A stretch of 64,000 nt of DNA from Lepidodermella squamata (taxonomy: Eukaryota > Animalia > Gastrotricha), in the NCBI GenBank assembly GCA_047495785.1, contig JBLDXI010000004.1:2480001-2544000 (forward strand). The letters run 5' to 3'. Numbering within the stretch: position 1 is the stretch's first letter; each line of letters begins with the position of its first letter. Under the pieces are notes generated by a model. It was not told the origin of the DNA. It made no database searches and saw only the letters and a list, made by a program, of their open reading frames with translations. The translations under genes and the position numbers were made by a program. Shown in pieces: positions 19,605 through 31,749 of this stretch.

Positions 19605-20504
19605 ATGCTGCTGAAGGTTATCGCGGGAGACATCAGAATTGCACTATTTACCATCTACGACTCGGATGACGACAGAAATTTAAATCGTCTCGAAACAAAA
19701 ATAAGTAAGTTCTTCGGCAAGGCTTTGCGAAGAGATGCGTTACTAGAGTGGAATGACCGTGACCATGTTGCCCTCATTCTTGACGAGGAAGACCTCGCAG
19801 CTGCTGTGGCAGCCTTCAAAGCTGAAGATCGTCTAGTTCTTCGCCTGGTTTCAGTTCTATCGTTTCCATTGGTGACAAAGCTTGATGATGCAATGGGAAG
19901 TTTGACTTTGAGCGATTCATCTGAGATGGAATGCGTGATAAACAGATCGATATTTGCTGCAGCACATCCTTCTCCTGCATCACCTAAGACATCGTCTTCA
20001 CTACCTAATGCCGCTCAAGCAAGTTCAGCGAAATCAATAACATACTGCAAGGTAATTTTCCGTATTAAATGCTACAAAAGTTATTTATAATCGTTTTCAT
20101 GTTGTTAAGATTGACACTCCATTACCATTGGCACTCCGTTCATCACTTCCCCACGACATTGGGAGTACTCGCTTGACGACTCCTGTTACAGAGCCAGAAT
20201 CAGACCCTTCCGAGGTGACTTTCTGCTTGGATACTTCTTTCTCACTGTTTAATTTCCATTTTAGATTGATGACATTCTGCTGAATGAACAGCAACGACGA
20301 CGAGATGAAATCCTTCTTCAAATCAGAAAGCACTATCCTAAGAAGAGCGACACTCAAATAATTGACATAGCAGTGGCCGTTTTCAACAAGATGGGAGTGG
20401 GCATTGGTAAAGAAACCGTATCAAATTTCATCAAACGCAAGACAAAGCCACAAAAGGAAACTGTGGAAAAATTTGAAAAATTTGTCACTTTACTAAAGCA
20501 GTGA
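19605..20504 (+). CDS. Spliced PB1-domain plus XRE-type HTH protein (exons 19605-20051, 20110-20214, 20265-20504)
   Basis: N-terminal LKV and OPCA-like WNDRDHVALILDEEDLAAA; two phase-0 GT-AG introns; C-terminal GVGIGKETVSNFIKRKTKPQKETVEKF. Confidence 0.7.
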
Positions 20505-20726
20505 ATGAGTGAGTGAGTGAGTGAGTGCGAAACTGCTGCGAAAGATGTGAAAGATTGGAAATGTTTTGCTTTAACCTTCATGGCATTCTAGTTTTATTGA
20601 AACTCCAGATTACGCTGGGTTGCAATCTTTCAACATTACCTAGTGTCGATGAATAAATCTAACAAAACTCAAAATACAATATTTTCGTCAAGTGATATTT
20701 CATTCTCAGTTACCAAATCGAAAGAT

Positions 20727-20997
20727 CGGTTCGACTCAACATGATATACACATTGCAGGCTATCGATTGATATATGGCTCTTTGGATTCTTGCTATCCTT
20801 TCATCTCACCCCATGTCGTTGAAAAATGAGAAAAACGCAAAATATATCAATTTCTTGATTACGTAATATCTTATTTCCAGTTGCAAAATCAGAAAATCGG
20901 TTCGACTCAACATGATATACACATTGCAGGCTATCGAATGATATATGGCTCTTTGGATTCTTGCTATCCTTTCATCTCACCCCATGTCGTTGAAAAT
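20727..20997. repeat. ~100-bp direct duplication
   Basis: TCGGTTCGACTCAACATGATATACAC...GTCGTTGAAAA at ~20727 and ~20897. Confidence 0.85.
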
Positions 20998-21044
20998 TAG
21001 GAAAAAGGGTATTCAAAATCTAGGTTTTTATGGCAAAATGAAGT

Positions 21045-21934
21045 TTAGGTTTTTGGCATTTCATGACGCAAAAATAGTCCCGTTTGAAAGCTATAAATGC
21101 AATTTGTTGACGAGCGCAACTTTTTGCTATGATCTTTCAGATGACCATTATCAATCTTCACCTCAGTTTGCCACAAATCTTCATAGTTTTCAACCAGATG
21201 ATACTCCCAAAACTCGGGCAAATAATATGTTAGCTCTCGATTGGAATCCGCCTTGAGCTGCACGGTTTCCGTTGTCAGTTTGGTATTTTCCTAAAAATAT
21301 TTGACATAATTTGAGAGTTTGATTTGCCCATCTAAAAAAAATTACGTCAAATCGCGACTCCAGCCAAAACTCTGCGAATGGCCACTCCAAAATCTTCGTT
21401 TGCCATTCATAGATGGAAATGTGACTAATTTTGCTGGTCTTTGGATTTCTTTCGAGTCCGATCACCCACGTATTTTGCTGGCCATTGGCACCTTTGACCT
21501 TGACTCGCCTCTGGTCGGGTTGGTTTGCTATAGCTTCTCCTCGCTCAAATAGTTCTTGCATTTTAGCAAATTGTGCTGCTTTGGACATCAAGTCAATGTC
21601 GTCGTCGAACGGGATGATGTCCTTCTCCCGCTTAAATCCTGTGCAAAAACGTGTGCAAAAACACCTTTAATATAACTGTGTAGTGTGTCTTACCCAATAA
21701 TGTCCCAAATGCTGGAACTAGTTTGAATTCATTATCGAAACTTCCCAAGAAGTTTTGCTGCAACCGTTTAAGGAATTGAGCTTGTGATCTTCGCTGTCCA
21801 TAGTCAAGGTAGAGGCAGCATAAATGCGGTGCGGGGTTATGCTTACCCAGCTTTTCCCATTCATCATCGTAACGACGTTTTATTTTTCCAGCATCCGCGG
21901 AATAATAATTGCCTGAGCAGTTGAACTCAGCCAT
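21045..21934 (-). CDS. Spliced LicD/fukutin-family phosphotransferase (5' and 3' limits uncertain)
   Basis: Removing GT-AG intron 21639-21693 gives PAFGTLLGFKREKDIIPFDDDIDLM (LicD signature); a second ~55-bp intron leads to LPEFWEYHLVENYEDLWQT. Confidence 0.8.
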
Positions 21935-23329
21935 CGTAATACTAACGATTCTGTGATTCTGAAGAAAGTAACCGAGCTACAAATGTAGCGCTAGTTAAAT
22001 CAAAATATTTAAACGAGATTAAAACTGATTGACCCACCTGCCTCTGCATTCAATGGAGAAGTGCGATGAATTCATACCAGCATTGAGCATTCTGAAATGT
22101 TGTCATTGAGGAATGAAAAATATGCACCTTAGCAACTGATTAGCTACTCAATGGCTGCTTAGACACATTCTTCTGATACTGAGAATGTAACTAAGCTATT
22201 GATCCAGCGGCAGTGATATAAAAATATGTTTACGAGACCAAAAAATGCTCGATTCCCCAACCATCTGCTTTCAATGGAGAAGTGCGATGAATTCATGCCT
22301 GCATTGAGCATTGACATTAGGGCGTCTGCACTGTTGCCATTGAGAAATATAGAATATGTATCATAGCAACCGTTTCGTTGCTGGGACGCATGTAACAAAC
22401 TTGAAAGCTCGCTCAAAAGAATTTTCTCAATTCATTATTTCATGCCTGCAAAACTTTGTGCGCTGTTCGGTCTCAAAGTCGCGAAAATCATTTCGATGCC
22501 GCCCACAACATTCTGCAGCCAGTGTAACAGCGAAGTGCATGATGATCCTTATTTCCTCGGATGCTTTGTGTGCACCAAATGCGGGAAGCCAGTCTCCTCC
22601 ACCGGCGTTGATATATAATTTTTGCAATGTTAAATTATTCCTCGCAGTAGACCGGTTAAAAAAGCTCAGAATATTTAATCATTTTGGCAATGCCGCGAAA
22701 GCCAAAGGAACAAACCGAATCAGATGAAGAGGCTGGTGATTACGATGCAAGAAGATACCGAAATGGACATCGCATCGACGACCCTCATAACCCTGGTGAT
22801 GATTGCTCGGAAGAAGAAGAATGCTGAACTATACTGGAAAATTCTAGAAAATAATTGTTAAGACACTTGTTAAGAGACCATTAAAAATATTTATTCGGCT
22901 TACTTCTTCACTATTATGTGATCTTTAGGTATCATTTTGAACACCTGATAATATCGAACAATTTACTAGTAATCAGCGATGGACCCCAAGTACTGCCCTC
23001 ACAATCATGTCGAGCAAATTGAAGATTCCGTGCCGAGAAGATGGGTGTGCCTTGATTGCGGGAGTTTCTCAACCCACTGATAACACGGGAACCAATCAAT
23101 TTGGAAATTCTGAGAACAGCATGGTCTGCCTATTATGAATGTTGACTTGAAGCAAAAATGTCTGACCGAATTTTTTCAATAATTTTTCCCTCGCCATATT
23201 TATTCCAGAAATAAAATGTTTTCGTTCGAAAAAAAGTGATAAAAGCATTTTGTATAAACGAATATCCATATAAAAACATTCACACCTGAGAGTACAAAAC
23301 ACACTATTGAATATCCAGCAGTCAATCAC

Positions 23330-23901
23330 CTCCGTTATACCTCTTGTACCCTCCTTATCAAAATACTTTCCCCAGAATTTTTCCACAATTTCCCCACAGT
23401 TTCCCCAGAGTTTTTCAGAATTTCCCCCAAATTCACCAGCCCTCGCCCACCTCTCACCTCTCACCCTTACCCTTACCCATACACCTTTCCCTACCCCTAC
23501 CCCTACCCCCTACCCTCTGTTATACCTCTTGTACGCTCCCTTTCGAAATAATTTCCCCAGCAATTTGTTCCCCAAATTTTCCCCCAAATTTATTTACTCC
23601 CTTTCTCTCCTTTGCACCCTCATTATCTCTTCGCTTTTTATAAATTCACCATTTATTTTTCCCCTAATTGCCAATTTCCCCCGCCCCACCCTCAATTTTT
23701 CAAAAAGGGTGTATGCCGAATCACTCGGTAAATACATCATATTCACAGCCATACACTCTTTTTCGATAACCCCCAGTTTTTTCAAAACCCAATACTCCCC
23801 CCTTGGAAATACACTCACACCATATAGCCCTATAAATCATAATTTCTTTGATTATTTCACTTTCCTTGGGTTTGGTCTAGGACCGGCTATTGTACTCTAC
23901 T
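23330..23901 (-). repeat. Right terminal inverted repeat of A (572 bp)
   Basis: Reverse complement of 340-911; the ORF track shows mirror-image ORFs at both ends. Confidence 0.95.
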
Positions 23902-24334
23902 GACAGTCTTTCGAAAACAACACTTCTCCCCCTAAACTATTGGCGTAATCAGGACTCCATTTCAAAAGAAAATTGATGTTCGCCCAATGTTCGAGGAACC
24001 GCAGCTCCTCGATTTTGTGATCTGAATCCGATATTTGAACTTCAATATTGTCAAACAGGCTCAACACGTGATTCCGAATGGCATACTTGTCAGTATTCAC
24101 GAACGCGGCTCCATTCTTCCTTTTAATTTGCAAATTAAACTCCAAGTACCCCTCTCTGACTAGTAAATAATTGTCTTTTAGGTTGTAGCTGGAAAATATT
24201 AATTTCGAGGGTTGTGAATTTTGATCTTGAGTGAAATTCTGTGCTGGCGTTTCCGTCCATGTCTTTTTCTCAAAGACCCGATCTTGAATTTCAGTAGTCT
24301 CGAAGAGGTTATTGACAATCTCTTGTTGAAGCAT
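23902..24334 (-). pseudogene. Element B major capsid gene, 5' part, disrupted by A
   Basis: Near-identical to the A MCP N-terminus up to FSKDC. Confidence 0.95.
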
Positions 24335-24348
24335 AATTTACCAAAGGA

Positions 24349-24651
24349 TTAGATTTTTTTGAATCCAGAGCCTGAGTATGAATTTATATTATTTTTAATT
24401 TTGCGTTCGAGCTCCTCTATGGCTTTAAGATTAGCTGTGTCAGAGCTAGGCAGCGCTTTTTCAGTCAATTTTGTTGCTACGAAACTTCCAACTTTATCTC
24501 CTGCAGCTTCTGAACCAGATTTCAGCGCTGCTTTGACAAAATTTTGGGCTGGTTCAGTTGATACTGCTATTATTTTGGATAAAATGTTTCTACCAACATC
24601 AACGAATCCTCGACCAGAAATGTAAACGCGCTTTCTTTTTCGATTATTCAT
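24349..24651 (-). CDS. B pVI/cupiennin-like peptide (C-terminus shorter than in A)
   Basis: Ortholog of 6655-7011; short indel between T-runs. Confidence 0.75.
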   Translation of the reverse strand: MNNRKRKRVYISGRGFVDVGRNILSKIIAVSTEPAQNFVKAALKSGSEAAGDKVGSFVATKLTEKALPSSDTANLKAIEELERKIKNNINSYSGSGFKKI

Positions 24652-24675
24652 AATTCACCAATAACTAGATAAGCA

Positions 24676-25422
24676 CTAGATTATATCTATACCTATCCCC
24701 CACCTATTTTCCACAAAGTAAATCTCGTTTCCTTCTTGATTGGTGAGCCAGACCCGAATATTCTGCGTGTTCGCGTTTGTGCACATTAGGAATCTTTTCT
24801 CGTTCGGGATGTAGTTGACGTGTTCCCCAAATTTTTTGTTGATAGGGCATGTAAAAATTACCGTGTTGTATTCGGGGATTACGCTATTATTAACTACGGA
24901 ACAATGAACAAACATTGTATCCAACCCCATAGTCACATCAGGGACGTTTTGGGAATTGAAATCGCGCTCATATGAGCCTATGTTGACCCCGAGAAACCGG
25001 GCCATAGCGTCAGTTTCTACTATCAAAGAATAATTTTCTAAAATCCTCACGCTCACGCAACTGAAAACGGTGTTGACACTTATATTTATGCCAAAAATGT
25101 CTATTCCTTTCACGCTGTCAACAGTGAAATGGCCGTTCAACTTCATCTGAAAATGCAGGTAATTGTTAAAATCTTGAAAGGTGTAAGTCCCATCGGGGAA
25201 AACTACTTCATAAATGTCGTCATTTAGTGAGTATTCCAATATATTATTACCATAACGAGCAGAAACGTTGTGAAACGTATCGCTGAAATGAATATAACTA
25301 ACTGCAATTCGCCTTGCAGTGAAGTCTATTTTATCATTGAGGTATCGGTCGATGGTGTTATTTCGAGAACTTCGATTATTTGAAAGATACTCTAGTGGTA
25401 AGAAAATCGGGCTCAGACTCAT
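24676..25422 (-). CDS. B minor capsid (penton) protein, intact
   Basis: 248 aa, colinear with the A penton. Confidence 0.88.
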   Translation of the reverse strand: MSLSPIFLPLEYLSNNRSSRNNTIDRYLNDKIDFTARRIAVSYIHFSDTFHNVSARYGNNILEYSLNDDIYEVVFPDGTYTFQDFNNYLHFQMKLNGHFTVDSVKGIDIFGINISVNTVFSCVSVRILENYSLIVETDAMARFLGVNIGSYERDFNSQNVPDVTMGLDTMFVHCSVVNNSVIPEYNTVIFTCPINKKFGEHVNYIPNEKRFLMCTNANTQNIRVWLTNQEGNEIYFVENRWGIGIDII

Positions 25423-25446
25423 TTTTATTTGAAACTAGATAATTCC

Positions 25447-28400
25447 CTATATGCTACACACAGTTTTATATTCTTCCTTCGTTATTTTACCATGCTTCAG
25501 CAACAAGTCCGCAATAGAAACCAATTCGTTCCTAATTGCTTCATTGTTATTACCTGCTCTAATTTCTCCCAAACAGTGCAGCATTCGCCTTTGCGCATCC
25601 TGCAATGTCACAAAAAGCGCAGAACCAGACTGCTTAGAAATGACGAGTTCAGATTTTACGCCGGAGTGAGGTTTCGGTTTGTATCCGGTCCTGCGACAAA
25701 TGTCTTGAAAATGAGACAAATCTTCCTGGGTGTATTTGTACTTTTTGGGTTCATATCGCTTCAAAATGAGATTTCTCACGCCATCAGAAATTTGCTCATC
25801 AAACACTCTGCCTTGATTCTTTTTTCTGACCCGGAGCCACCCATCATGTAAATCTTCCTTGCGTACGTAAAATCGTCCAAACTTCCGGAGATTTTTTGGG
25901 GTTGGTTTGGTGAAACCCTCACCTAGCTGCTTGCTTTTTAATTTTTCGCGATAGTCCCTCAGAACTGCAATGTCGCGCTTAATTCTACAGGGAGTCCGTA
26001 AAGTCAAGGCAATATGAATATGTATAGCATAGTACATTACATAGCAAGGGAAAAATCGATAATCTTGTTTTTTTTCATCGATCGTGATATAATAATAATA
26101 TGACTGTGAGAAAGACAGAGGCACTGAGCACTGCATGGCCGATCAGAGAATCCACTGTCACAGAGGAACGTACTGCTCTGAATACAACAGAAGCAAAAAA
26201 TGAAGGGACCAAAAAGACGTTTTTTCTTGCGTTTTCTTCAATACTGAAGATTATACTCTCCCCATTCCGTATGAATTTGCGGAATGAAAGATGCGCGCAT
26301 AAGAATTTCTAAGCGTATGTAATCGTAGTGCGCACGCGAGAAAAAATATATGAATTATCCTCGAGAAACGACCATATACACATACTTTTATCAAAAACGC
26401 ATTGCCGCGATTTTCTTCTTGTCTATAAAAGATGACAGAGAGGTAGCTTCTAGAGCTTCCAGGCTTGATTGTTCCGGTCAGTCTTTGTTGGACCACAATC
26501 GTGGATAAATAAGGATTGTGGTCACATGGATAAATAAAGTTCTTCTGCTGTCGTTCGTGGATCGCTTCCTATTCGAAAACTTGCAGCTTGCTCTGACTCC
26601 GCTAAAAGTATCAAGTTCAAGGACGCAAGGACAGTGAGTGTTAGGACGCATCTCCGGCAGGTTGGGTGCTGGATAATCGAGTCGTACCTGCTAAGGCTGT
26701 AGTACTCAAAGTCTGCCCCGCGGGGAGGGATTCAGGGTCATGGCGCGAGAATGAGCATATTTTAGGATATTTTCAGCCAAAATTACGGTAAAATACCGTT
26801 AGCTAAAGCTCGCTTCGCTCACAGGTGTAGCTAAACTCACGCTTTCTGGAGTCTAATGTGAAATGCTTGAGCGATTTTTTCTAATTATTGGCTAATGAGA
26901 AAATAAGAAGAGCAACATTTGTACGTGAATCCAAGTTGTGACCCGTGGGGAATAGGAATAGGGCGGAAATAGGACTTCAGCAGTTTTAGCAGAGAGCGAA
27001 GTACCACCAGGGATGGTAGAAGTCATTCCTACCAGTTCAATCGGTTCGCAAAGTCGAAAACCAATGATTTTCAACATCTTAGCCACTTCTTCTGTCCTAC
27101 TTCGCTCTCAGGTTGAAGGAAGCAACCTTTTTACCTCAGTAAATCCGCTTTGGAAGATAAATTCCAAAGCTCGTCACGCGTATCGCGTACGATTATTCCT
27201 GCTGCAAGAGTAATTGGACGAGTCTAACACATTAAGCGAAGTCTAAGCGAACGAACAATTCATACAAACTGGTGGTTTCAAGGTCGAATACGCTTAATAA
27301 ATGAAAACCCACCGGCGGGATTTTGAAATCCTACGGTGCTCGGTCAGATTACTCCGCGAGTAATCTTTCTGACAATTTTCAACCCGTTTCACCGTGCATT
27401 TAATTATTATTTCAATGAAAACCAGTCCTGGGTGAACAATTGCCCGCAGGACACACAATTTTCCGATGCCATTTGTTCAGCGAATGAAATATCAAGAATT
27501 CCCACGGTAAATAGCCGCATCCTTCATTGCAGAGGAAAACAAGCCAATAAACGCCGGTATTTGCCGCATTGAATTTCGGGAAAATGCGTTAAGTTGTTGC
27601 AAAAGCTACGTATTCCAGTTCAAAAAGAATAAGTTCACATTTTACCCAGCATACTCCTTATTATTATATCCTAATCCATACAAAAGACGCCTTATCGATT
27701 TTTTCAGCGCGCTTGTTTTTTTAGCAAAATATGCAGATATGTTCTAAAGCGCTGCACAAAATTTCGAGGTAAAAATCTGGCCCCTTTGCGAACCGCACGG
27801 TAGAATTCCCGTTACAACGAGATTAATGTTCTTTGTAGTAATTCTTATACTTTCACCGAAGGAAATCTGAAAATACACGGTGAAAGTAACGGACGAAACC
27901 AATTTTCATGACTTCACCAGCTATTTCCATTAGGTTTGAAAGTATTTCTGTGATCATCAGATGTGTTCACGGTAAAAATCGTTTAAACTTGGCCATCCAC
28001 GAAGATGAGATGCAACAAATGAGTTGACCGTGTACAAATAATTAATTCAAAGTGGAACGCTTGGAACCAAGTGGTATTTGGGACAAAAACTCATTCCATC
28101 CGACATTAGATGCCTTATTTAATCGAATTTTAAAATTTCCTTCGGTGAAAATGTTAAGCTTATTAACAAAATCACTTTGGCTACAAAAAAGAATGAATCT
28201 ACCGTCATGACTAGAATGATATCGCTGTTTTCCGGTGAGAATTCGGTAAAAGCAACCTGGTTTTTCATGGTGTTCGCCTGGTTCGTACTTACATTATTAT
28301 TATTATACGATCCAGAAAAAATGCTAGATTATCGATTTTTCCCTTGCTATATAATGTACTATGCTATATATTTATATTGCCTCTATGACTTTACGGACTC

Positions 28401-29029
28401 CCTGTATTATAGTCATCTGAATCTCTTTTCCCTGCTCGAGTCAGATTAGAGAGCTTAACTCCTAAAACCTGCCTGTTATAAGTGGCCAAACTTACCACGG
28501 CTTCTTCTATGTCTTCTTGTTTAATTTGTTCAATTGTAGGGAAATTATGCTGACGGATGATAGCGTTCATTTCTTCTGTGTCATATGTCCCTTCTTGAGC
28601 ATCCTCATTCTCCTTCGATGAGTCAGAATCAGAATCTTGTTCACTTTCATCAGTTTCTGAATTTCGCGAAGAGGCTAACCTACTTTTTTCAGGGCTCTCA
28701 TACTCAAGCTTAGGGATTTTTAAAGCTACAGGAGATGCGGAGGCAGAGATAGATGGAGTGCTGTGCTTAACTATTGGTGGTTTCTTTTTAACTACTAATT
28801 CCTTGATCGAATTTTGCAAATTACGTATTGCATCGGTGGTTGGTCGTTGGTTGATAGCTGTTTGAATGGCTGTTAGTGGGCTCGGTTCGGTTTCCACCCC
28901 AAATTTGTGCTTGAGCGCATAAGAATCGCGACTTGCAAGCGCGAGGTTTTTATCATACAACTTCTCTTCTCTGTCTAATTGCTCCAAAATTTTTATTTGT
29001 TCGGTGATTGAGAGTTCTTTGATCGGCAT
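25447..29029 (-). pseudogene. B conserved Maverick gene split by a Tc1/mariner-like insertion
   Basis: 28405-29029 and 25447-25987 together match A 7807-8961. Confidence 0.9.
25988..28404. mobile_element. Non-autonomous Tc1/mariner-like element (2,417 bp)
   Basis: TA TSD; imperfect TIRs of ~80-100 bp starting CAGGGAGTCCGTAAAGTCA; A shows the empty site; no transposase recognised. Confidence 0.88.
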
Positions 29030-29051
29030 TTGAATTACGACTAGATTTTAC

Positions 29052-29762
29052 TTACCGAGGTTCACCGTAAAATATTCCTGTATAATTTGCCCTTAGTTTC
29101 AGCGACTTGTGTTTTATTACGCTGTCAATTATAAAAGACCCGTGATTTTTATACGACGAAACGCATAGTTCATACTTTTTCATGAATTCATCCCTTCCGA
29201 TTTCTCCAGCGTGAATTCTGTGAATTGTCTTAAGTTCCCGCCCGTCAGTCAGCTTTTTCAAAACGATAAACTGCGCATTGTCACGGATTATTTTGGGAAT
29301 TTTAAAATATGACTGGCTCAAATAAGCCGCGGAGCAATTGTACTTTCGCGACCTAATAAACAAATCGCCAATGTATTTCTCTTGGCTCTTAGCATTTTCC
29401 AGGCAAATATCATCAAAGACATACAAGTGCTGATACTTCTTGTCGAGCTTATCAAGGGGCATGACATCCGCTATATCTGTGGAAAATTGGATGAGTGACT
29501 CGTTTATTCCTTTCATTTTCAACTCGGCTTCTTTAGCTTTCTGCAAATTTATCAAGAACTGGTATTTGTCTTCATCCAAAGTTTTAGAGTAAATGAACAG
29601 CTTATGAAAAACAGAATTATGAATGATATTGAGCAGATCATTAGTTTTACCGGTATTGCTTGGACCGATAATAATTGTTCGGAAACAATGCTGCGGGTAA
29701 AAAGGAGAGATATTTAGCGGTGAAGACTCGCTTTTAGGGATTATTAAATCAAAATTGATCAT
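29052..29762 (-). CDS. B A32-like packaging ATPase, intact
   Basis: GPSNTGKT, YVFDD, SRKYNCS, LSQSYF. Confidence 0.93.
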   Translation of the reverse strand: MINFDLIIPKSESSPLNISPFYPQHCFRTIIIGPSNTGKTNDLLNIIHNSVFHKLFIYSKTLDEDKYQFLINLQKAKEAELKMKGINESLIQFSTDIADVMPLDKLDKKYQHLYVFDDICLENAKSQEKYIGDLFIRSRKYNCSAAYLSQSYFKIPKIIRDNAQFIVLKKLTDGRELKTIHRIHAGEIGRDEFMKKYELCVSSYKNHGSFIIDSVIKHKSLKLRANYTGIFYGEPR

Positions 29763-29808
29763 TTACATTCCAATTAGAAATTTCTAATGCTGGTATAAAC
29801 ATCGTGAA

Positions 29809-31342
29809 ATGTTCGACGGAATTATCAACAACTTGCCAATAGAATTGCATCTCCCCTCTTACCCGTTGAAAGGCGAGTATCGTCCCAACGGATCATTCAA
29901 CAACACGCAGAAGTATAGTTACGCTGGACCAGGTACAAAGTTTATACAGCGAATGAAGGAAGGATATGAAGGCATCAATGATCTGGACAAGGCAGCTAAA
30001 ATTCATGACTATTACTACTGGAAATACAAAGATCGAGAAATGCGGACGAGAGCAGACAGAATTCTAGCCGATGAAGCGTTTAAGATAGCCAACGACAATT
30101 CGAAAAGCGGATACGAGAGAGCCATGGCGGCGTTTGTATACAAAACCTTTCACGAGGGAGGCCTAGCCGATAAATTCCATGGAGGCCGAATGCCTACGGG
30201 ATACGAGTGCCATGGTGAAGGATACGAATTGCGGCAACGAAAGCCTGTGGATTATACCGCAACAAAATACATCGGTGAAGTTTCAAAACCGAAGAGACAG
30301 CGGAAGAAGTCAGCAGGAAACGCTGAAAAACTCAAGCTTCAATCAGATAAGGACAGCACGATAGAGAAGATGAATAGTGGAACGAGTAAAGTGAATTTTC
30401 CCATTTTAGCTGATGAGTTACACAAACCGGCTAGAAAGAGATTCCCGCGGCGCAGAGTAATTCTTCACGATGTGGACGAAACATGGGGTATGGATCTGTG
30501 CTTCATGAATAGCCGACGATAACGAGGGCTATAAATACTTGTTAACTGTTATTGATTGCTTTTCCAAATATGCGTGGGCTGTTCCGTTGAAAACTAAAGA
30601 CGCTAAAACTGTATTTGATGCTTTCACAACTATTGTCGACAGGAGTAAAAGAAAACCGAAGAATATTTGGGTTGATGAAGGTAGTGAATTCTATAACTCA
30701 ACTTTCACCAAATGGCTAAAAGCAAACAAAGTCACCAGGTATTCAACGTATGAAAACTTCCATAACCCAATCATAGAGCGATTTAATAGAACACTAAAAA
30801 CAATGATGTGGAAGAGGTTTACTCTTGAAAATACTCGAAAGTGGATCGATATGATAGATTCCTTAGTGGATGAATATAACAATAAGAAACATAGATCCAT
30901 TAATATGACCCCATCCGAAGCAGTGAATCCGATCAATAAAGATAGAGTATTACGAAATCTCTACCCTAACCCCCCGCCAAAATTGAAAAGGCCAAAATTT
31001 AAGCTAAACGACATTGTCAGGATTAGTAGAATTAAAGAAATTTTCGAAAAGGGTTTTCATCCTAATTGGTCTGAAGAATTGTTAAGAATAGTGAAGATCA
31101 ACGATACATACCCTAGAACGTATAAATTGAGAGCATTAGATGGTGAGGAAGTAGTCGGAAGTTTCTATGAGCAAGAGTTACTGAAATCTAAAATCAGCGA
31201 AAATGATTTATACGACAGCAGCATTCATCGCGTTGAGAAGATATTACAAAAGAAAACAGTCAAAGGTAAGGAAATGGTGTTAATTAAATGGGCGGGCTAT
31301 GATCATCCCACGTGGGAGAAAGCCGAAAACCTTATAGATTGA
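29809..31342 (+). pseudogene. B PLA2-integrase-chromodomain fusion, frameshifted near 30510
   Basis: PLA2 in frame with LHKPARKRFPRRRV...WGMD; ADDNEGYKYLLTVIDCFSK continues in another frame (small deletion). Confidence 0.88.
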
Positions 31343-31350
31343 TGAGTAAT

Positions 31351-31644
31351 TCATTCATCTTTTGCGTTATTTATTATGTGTACATTACGTATTTTGAAGT
31401 GAGAACAATTTCTCAATTTGTTCGCAATAATGTTACCGACAATTTCCTCCAATTGTTTCTCGGAAATAACCAACAATTTCTCTGTCGTGTTAAGCAGCAT
31501 ATCACTCAATTTCGCCATGTTTGATATTTCTCGCCAATACTTTTTACAACTGTTTTTATGAACCTCCTTATATGCTGATATCCTTTCTTCCTCCGTCAAA
31601 TATTTTTTAGGTCTACCTCTCGGCTTCTTATTGTTTGAATCCAT
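31351..31644 (-). CDS. AT-hook small DNA-binding protein
   Basis: KKPRGRPKKYLTEEER. Confidence 0.75.
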   Translation of the reverse strand: MDSNNKKPRGRPKKYLTEEERISAYKEVHKNSCKKYWREISNMAKLSDMLLNTTEKLLVISEKQLEEIVGNIIANKLRNCSHFKIRNVHIINNAKDE

Positions 31645-31749
31645 TCTGAATTTTCTTATATATATACATTATAAAGAGAAAATAATTTTAAGCTTTACCA
31701 GGGAGAATTTTACTTAAAGAAATATTTTCTTAATATAATATATATAACA

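Larger units (their letters stand above)
340..23901. mobile_element. Full-length Polinton/Maverick element A (23,562 bp)
   Basis: TIRs 340-911 and 23330-23901 start AGTAG and end CTACT; GACAGT duplicated at 334-339 and 23902-23907; encodes pPolB, integrase, ATPase, adenain, MCP and penton. Confidence 0.97.

Noticed and set aside
22030-22830. Definite gene models upstream of LicD (duplicated mini-exon, 45-aa ORF at 22690)
   Set aside because: Exon phases and starts cannot be resolved by eye
25988-26136. N-terminus of the 229-aa ORF, and ORF 28177-28449
   Set aside because: Translations of transposon TIRs
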